In this document: positions 60,590-64,000 of the stretch, piece after piece
Layout: every line of letters begins with the position of its first letter
How positions within the stretch are numbered: the stretch's first letter is position 1
Origin: Pseudomonadota bacterium
Lineage (GTDB): Bacteria; Pseudomonadota; Gammaproteobacteria; GCA-002705445; GCA-002716945
Reading direction: 5' to 3'
Length of the DNA: 64,000 nt
Assembly (NCBI GenBank): GCA_036140295.1
Contig: JAYZYL010000004.1
Coordinates: 7,636 to 71,635 of the forward strand
Notes under the pieces: generated by a model
Told to the model about the DNA's origin: nothing
Databases searched by the model: none
The model's input: only the letters and a program-made list of their open reading frames with translations
Translations under genes and position numbers: made by a program

Positions 60590-60791
60590 AATATTTATCA
60601 TCCCTTTCTAAAAAATAAGATAAAAATTTTGCAATAAAAATAAGTGCTATACATGAGACAAAACCTAGAATTGGATAAAAACCAAAGTAGTTATCATTCA
60701 AAAAATGCACTTTGCTGAAATCATAAAATACATACAGTAAAAGACTTGCTGTAAAAAATATTAAGTATGTTGATGTTTTGAAATTATTCAT
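60579..60791 (-). CDS. Small 2-TM membrane protein inside the Mrp operon
   Basis: 70 aa, two hydrophobic segments, overlaps both flanking genes. Confidence 0.75.
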   Translation of the reverse strand: MNNFKTSTYLIFFTASLLLYVFYDFSKVHFLNDNYFGFYPILGFVSCIALIFIAKFLSYFLERDDKYYDD

Positions 60792-62236
60792 TATTTAATT
60801 ATATATCCTTGTGCAAACATTATGATAGAATCCACATCAAAAAACAGAACTATGGTTACAGTCCCAATTATAATTATCGGTAGTATTAACAAATAATCTT
60901 CAGTTTGACTATCTTTGTATGCAGAATTATTTTTACTAAAATATGATTTATAAATTATTGGGAAGTAGTAACTGGCATTTAATAACGTGCTCACTATGAG
61001 GACTATTAATAAATAAAGTTTTTCGCTTTCTACAATTCCTAACAATAAATACCATTTACTAAAGAAACCCACTGTTGGCGGTATTCCAATCATGACAAAG
61101 GCGCCAAGTGAAGTAAGAAAGATAGTAAAGGGTAATCTTGATGATATTCCATTCATATCACTGACATTCTTAATATTCATACATGTTGTTATTACTCCAG
61201 CAGATAGAAATAATATGATTTTACCTAATGCATGAAATATAAGATGTAATATTGCAGCTAAAACAGATAAGGGAGCTAAAATAGATACCGATAAAATAAT
61301 ATATGATAACTGACTAATTGTTGAGTATGCCAAAACTAGTTTAATATTATCTTGTCTCAACGCCATAATGGAAGCGAATATAATTGTAAGAGAGGAAACA
61401 AAAATTAAAATAAGATCTGCACCTGTTTCTTGTAAAATTTGTGTTCCAAAAATAAATAAAATAATTTTCATCATTATGTATACCCCAGATTTTACAACTG
61501 CAACTGCATGTAGTAAGGCGCTCACTGGTGTAGGTGCAACCATAGCTGCAGGTAACCATTTATGAAAAGGCATAATAGCTGACTTTGCAACACCAAATAT
61601 AAAAAGTAGTACTAATATATTAATCATCATAGAATCATTATTATTTCCAAAAATGCCACCAACTTTATATTCAAGACTTCCTGTAAGGTCAAAAGTTATA
61701 ATGATAGCTGGTAGTAAGAAAATTATTGATGTTCCCAAAAGGTAATATAAATATTTTTTTCCATTATCAATTGATTTTTCATCCTTCTTAAAAGTTACAA
61801 GTGGATATGTACTTAATGTCAAAAATTCATAGAAAATGAAAGTTGTGAATAAGTTTGATGAGTAAATAATTGCATTGGTTGAAAACATTGCAAGCGTAAA
61901 AAATATATAAAATTTAGATCTATCATTTATTGCATTTAGATTTAAATATCTATGAGAATAAATTGTTGTCATTAACCAAAGGAAATTTGACACGAGAAGG
62001 AAAATCATGCCTAACCCATCAAGGTTAAAGCTTATAGAGATATTCGGGATTATTTCAAATAAATTTAGATTTTGTTGAAAATAATAGTTTTTTTCTATAA
62101 ATATTTTTACAGCTATTAAGAACGAAAAAAGGCTGATAAGAACATGTGTCACATATAACACTCGATCTTTTTTTACAACATTTAATATTATCATTCCTAT
62201 TATGGGTAGTAATAAATGCAGAGCTAGGAGATTCAT
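60791..62236 (-). CDS. mrpD: Mrp-type antiporter subunit D-family protein (second paralogue)
   Basis: FYEFL, KSAIMPFHKWLP.AM.APTPVSALLHA, LAYSTISQ. Confidence 0.87.
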   Translation of the reverse strand: MNLLALHLLLPIIGMIILNVVKKDRVLYVTHVLISLFSFLIAVKIFIEKNYYFQQNLNLFEIIPNISISFNLDGLGMIFLLVSNFLWLMTTIYSHRYLNLNAINDRSKFYIFFTLAMFSTNAIIYSSNLFTTFIFYEFLTLSTYPLVTFKKDEKSIDNGKKYLYYLLGTSIIFLLPAIIITFDLTGSLEYKVGGIFGNNNDSMMINILVLLFIFGVAKSAIMPFHKWLPAAMVAPTPVSALLHAVAVVKSGVYIMMKIILFIFGTQILQETGADLILIFVSSLTIIFASIMALRQDNIKLVLAYSTISQLSYIILSVSILAPLSVLAAILHLIFHALGKIILFLSAGVITTCMNIKNVSDMNGISSRLPFTIFLTSLGAFVMIGIPPTVGFFSKWYLLLGIVESEKLYLLIVLIVSTLLNASYYFPIIYKSYFSKNNSAYKDSQTEDYLLILPIIIIGTVTIVLFFDVDSIIMFAQGYIIK

Positions 62237-63705
62237 TTAGTTACTCCTGAAAAAATTATATTTGTTATATTTTCAGAAACACCAACAGTAAATGTTGTAT
62301 CTATACCTAAGTACAATGTAAGGGCTGCAAGCACAAAAACCCCTAATCCTTGATGCACTAAAACTGACCCAGTCTTTGTATTATTTGTTTGGACAAAATA
62401 TATTTTTTCAATCAGTTTCCAGATATAAAATAGTGTCATAAATGAAGTTAATAAGACGATTATGCTTAAATACCAAAAGTTAGAATCTAGTATTGATGTA
62501 ACTAAATACCATTTGCTTATAAAGCCAGAAGTTAAGGGAATGCCAATCAACCCAAATGACAGAATTACAAATGCAGACATCATGTAGGGATACTTTTTAC
62601 CTAATCCTGCAAGGTCATTAGTCTCAACTTGTTGATTAGTTACAAAAATTGTCGCAATTATCAAGAATAATCCAGTTTTTATAATTGAATGATTAAATAC
62701 ATGGACTAATGAAGCAATTACACTTTCATTTGTAAATACCATGAGAGCAATCACAATATAACTTAGTTGAGCTATACTAGAAAATGCCAACATTTTTTTC
62801 AAATCAACCTGTTTGATTGCATAGGTTGTAGATAGAAGTACACCAATTACAGAAATAAATAAAATAAGTTGTATTAGCGAATATTCTTCAAGAGGATTTA
62901 TTGAATTTAATATATCAAGAAAAACTCTTATTAAAATATAAATACCAACTTTTGTAGATGTGCCAGCAAAATAAGCTACGATTATTGATGGAGAATATGC
63001 ATATGTTCTAATTAACCAAGTATGTAGAGGAAAAATTGCTGACTTGATAGCTACACCTATAATTAATAAACCAATAGAAAAAATTAAAGATCTAGGTATT
63101 TCAATATGCATAAATTTTTCAGAAATATCAGTCATATTTAGAGTTCCTAGATGAGCATAAATAATACCTATTCCAAGCAGGATAAAGACAGCACCTATAC
63201 TCCCTACAAATAAATATTGTAGTGCAACAATATTAGAACCTTTATGCATACCTTGAGATATCAAGAAATAAGTTGATAGAGATGAAATTTCTAAGAATAC
63301 AAAAAGATTAAATATGTCATTTGTTAAAATTATTCCAGAGAAACCTATATTGCATAGTAGCCATGCAATATAAAATAAATAAATGTTTTGAGAATTTATT
63401 TGTTTTGTAACTATCTCTTTTCCAGACAACATACATATAAAGCTCATAAAATTAATTAAGAGTAAGAAATAACAGGATAGCAAATCTGCCTGCAACCTTA
63501 TTCCGACTGGAGCTTGCCAGCCTCCTAGTTCATACAATATTGTTCCATATATATTTACTTCATAAAAAAGAAAGCATACAAGAATAAGACTTACAAAGGA
63601 TATACCTAGAGACAAGGTATATACATAGTCTTTATGTCTGATAAAGAGACATATAGGAACCATTAGGAGAGGCAAGACAATAATTAATATTGGTAATTGG
63701 CTCAT
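62233..63705 (-). CDS. mrpD: Mrp-type antiporter subunit D
   Basis: GGWQAPVGI, DIFNLFVFLEI, KSAIFPLHTWL. Confidence 0.9.
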   Translation of the reverse strand: MSQLPILIIVLPLLMVPICLFIRHKDYVYTLSLGISFVSLILVCFLFYEVNIYGTILYELGGWQAPVGIRLQADLLSCYFLLLINFMSFICMLSGKEIVTKQINSQNIYLFYIAWLLCNIGFSGIILTNDIFNLFVFLEISSLSTYFLISQGMHKGSNIVALQYLFVGSIGAVFILLGIGIIYAHLGTLNMTDISEKFMHIEIPRSLIFSIGLLIIGVAIKSAIFPLHTWLIRTYAYSPSIIVAYFAGTSTKVGIYILIRVFLDILNSINPLEEYSLIQLILFISVIGVLLSTTYAIKQVDLKKMLAFSSIAQLSYIVIALMVFTNESVIASLVHVFNHSIIKTGLFLIIATIFVTNQQVETNDLAGLGKKYPYMMSAFVILSFGLIGIPLTSGFISKWYLVTSILDSNFWYLSIIVLLTSFMTLFYIWKLIEKIYFVQTNNTKTGSVLVHQGLGVFVLAALTLYLGIDTTFTVGVSENITNIIFSGVTK

Positions 63706-63708
63706 CAA

Positions 63709-64000
63709 CTAAATCTCGTCAAACTCATCTTCTTCTATAGTTTTATGTTCTTTCTTTATACTTACTATGAGTGCTAGTGCTAGACTAGTAGTTGCAATAC
63801 TAACAACAATTGCTGTAAGTATTAAAACATGTGGTAAAGGATTAGAATAGATATCTCCAGTTTCCATTAGTATAGGAGGGACACCATCTTCCACTTTACT
63901 AATAATTAAATAAAAAATAAAAACTGACGATTGGAAAATATTTAAACCAATAACTTTTTTTATCAGATTAGTTTCTCTTATGATTATAAATAATCCTATT
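63709..64000 (-). CDS. mrpC: Mrp-type antiporter subunit C, 5'-partial
   Basis: Frame open to window edge: IGLFIII.ETNLIKKVIGLNIFQ...NPLPHVLILTAIVV. Confidence 0.9.
   Translation of the reverse strand, partial: IGLFIIIRETNLIKKVIGLNIFQSSVFIFYLIISKVEDGVPPILMETGDIYSNPLPHVLILTAIVVSIATTSLALALIVSIKKEHKTIEEDEFDEI

Overview
AT-rich (roughly 30% GC by eye), very compact chromosomal segment of a gammaproteobacterium-like organism, almost entirely housekeeping. Order: partial YeiH-family exporter; tRNA-Thr-tuf-tRNA-Trp-secE-nusG-rplKAJL-rpoBC; str-S10-spc-alpha ribosomal superoperon with no tuf after fusA; uvrA/MFS/ssb; miaB-ybeZ-ybeY-corC-lnt-leuS-lptE; a 5.8-kb block (MBL hydrolase, small hypothetical, pyrD, katG, Irr-like Fur regulator, beta-hydroxyacid dehydrogenase) separating lptE from holA; holA-proA-nadD-rsfS-yhdP-nitrilase-tldD-pmbA; and the distal part of an Mrp-type antiporter operon with three MrpD-like subunits. 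No mobile element, CRISPR array or rRNA gene was seen. The best lead is an Irr-like regulator next to katG, whose upstream region has a 16/17 ICE (Irr box) palindrome positioned between two tandem sigma70 promoters. Other leads: nadD has no canonical start codon, L3 has a C-terminal tail with a 60-bp tandem duplication, classical r-protein regulatory leaders are missing, and one MrpD paralogue lacks a conserved lysine.
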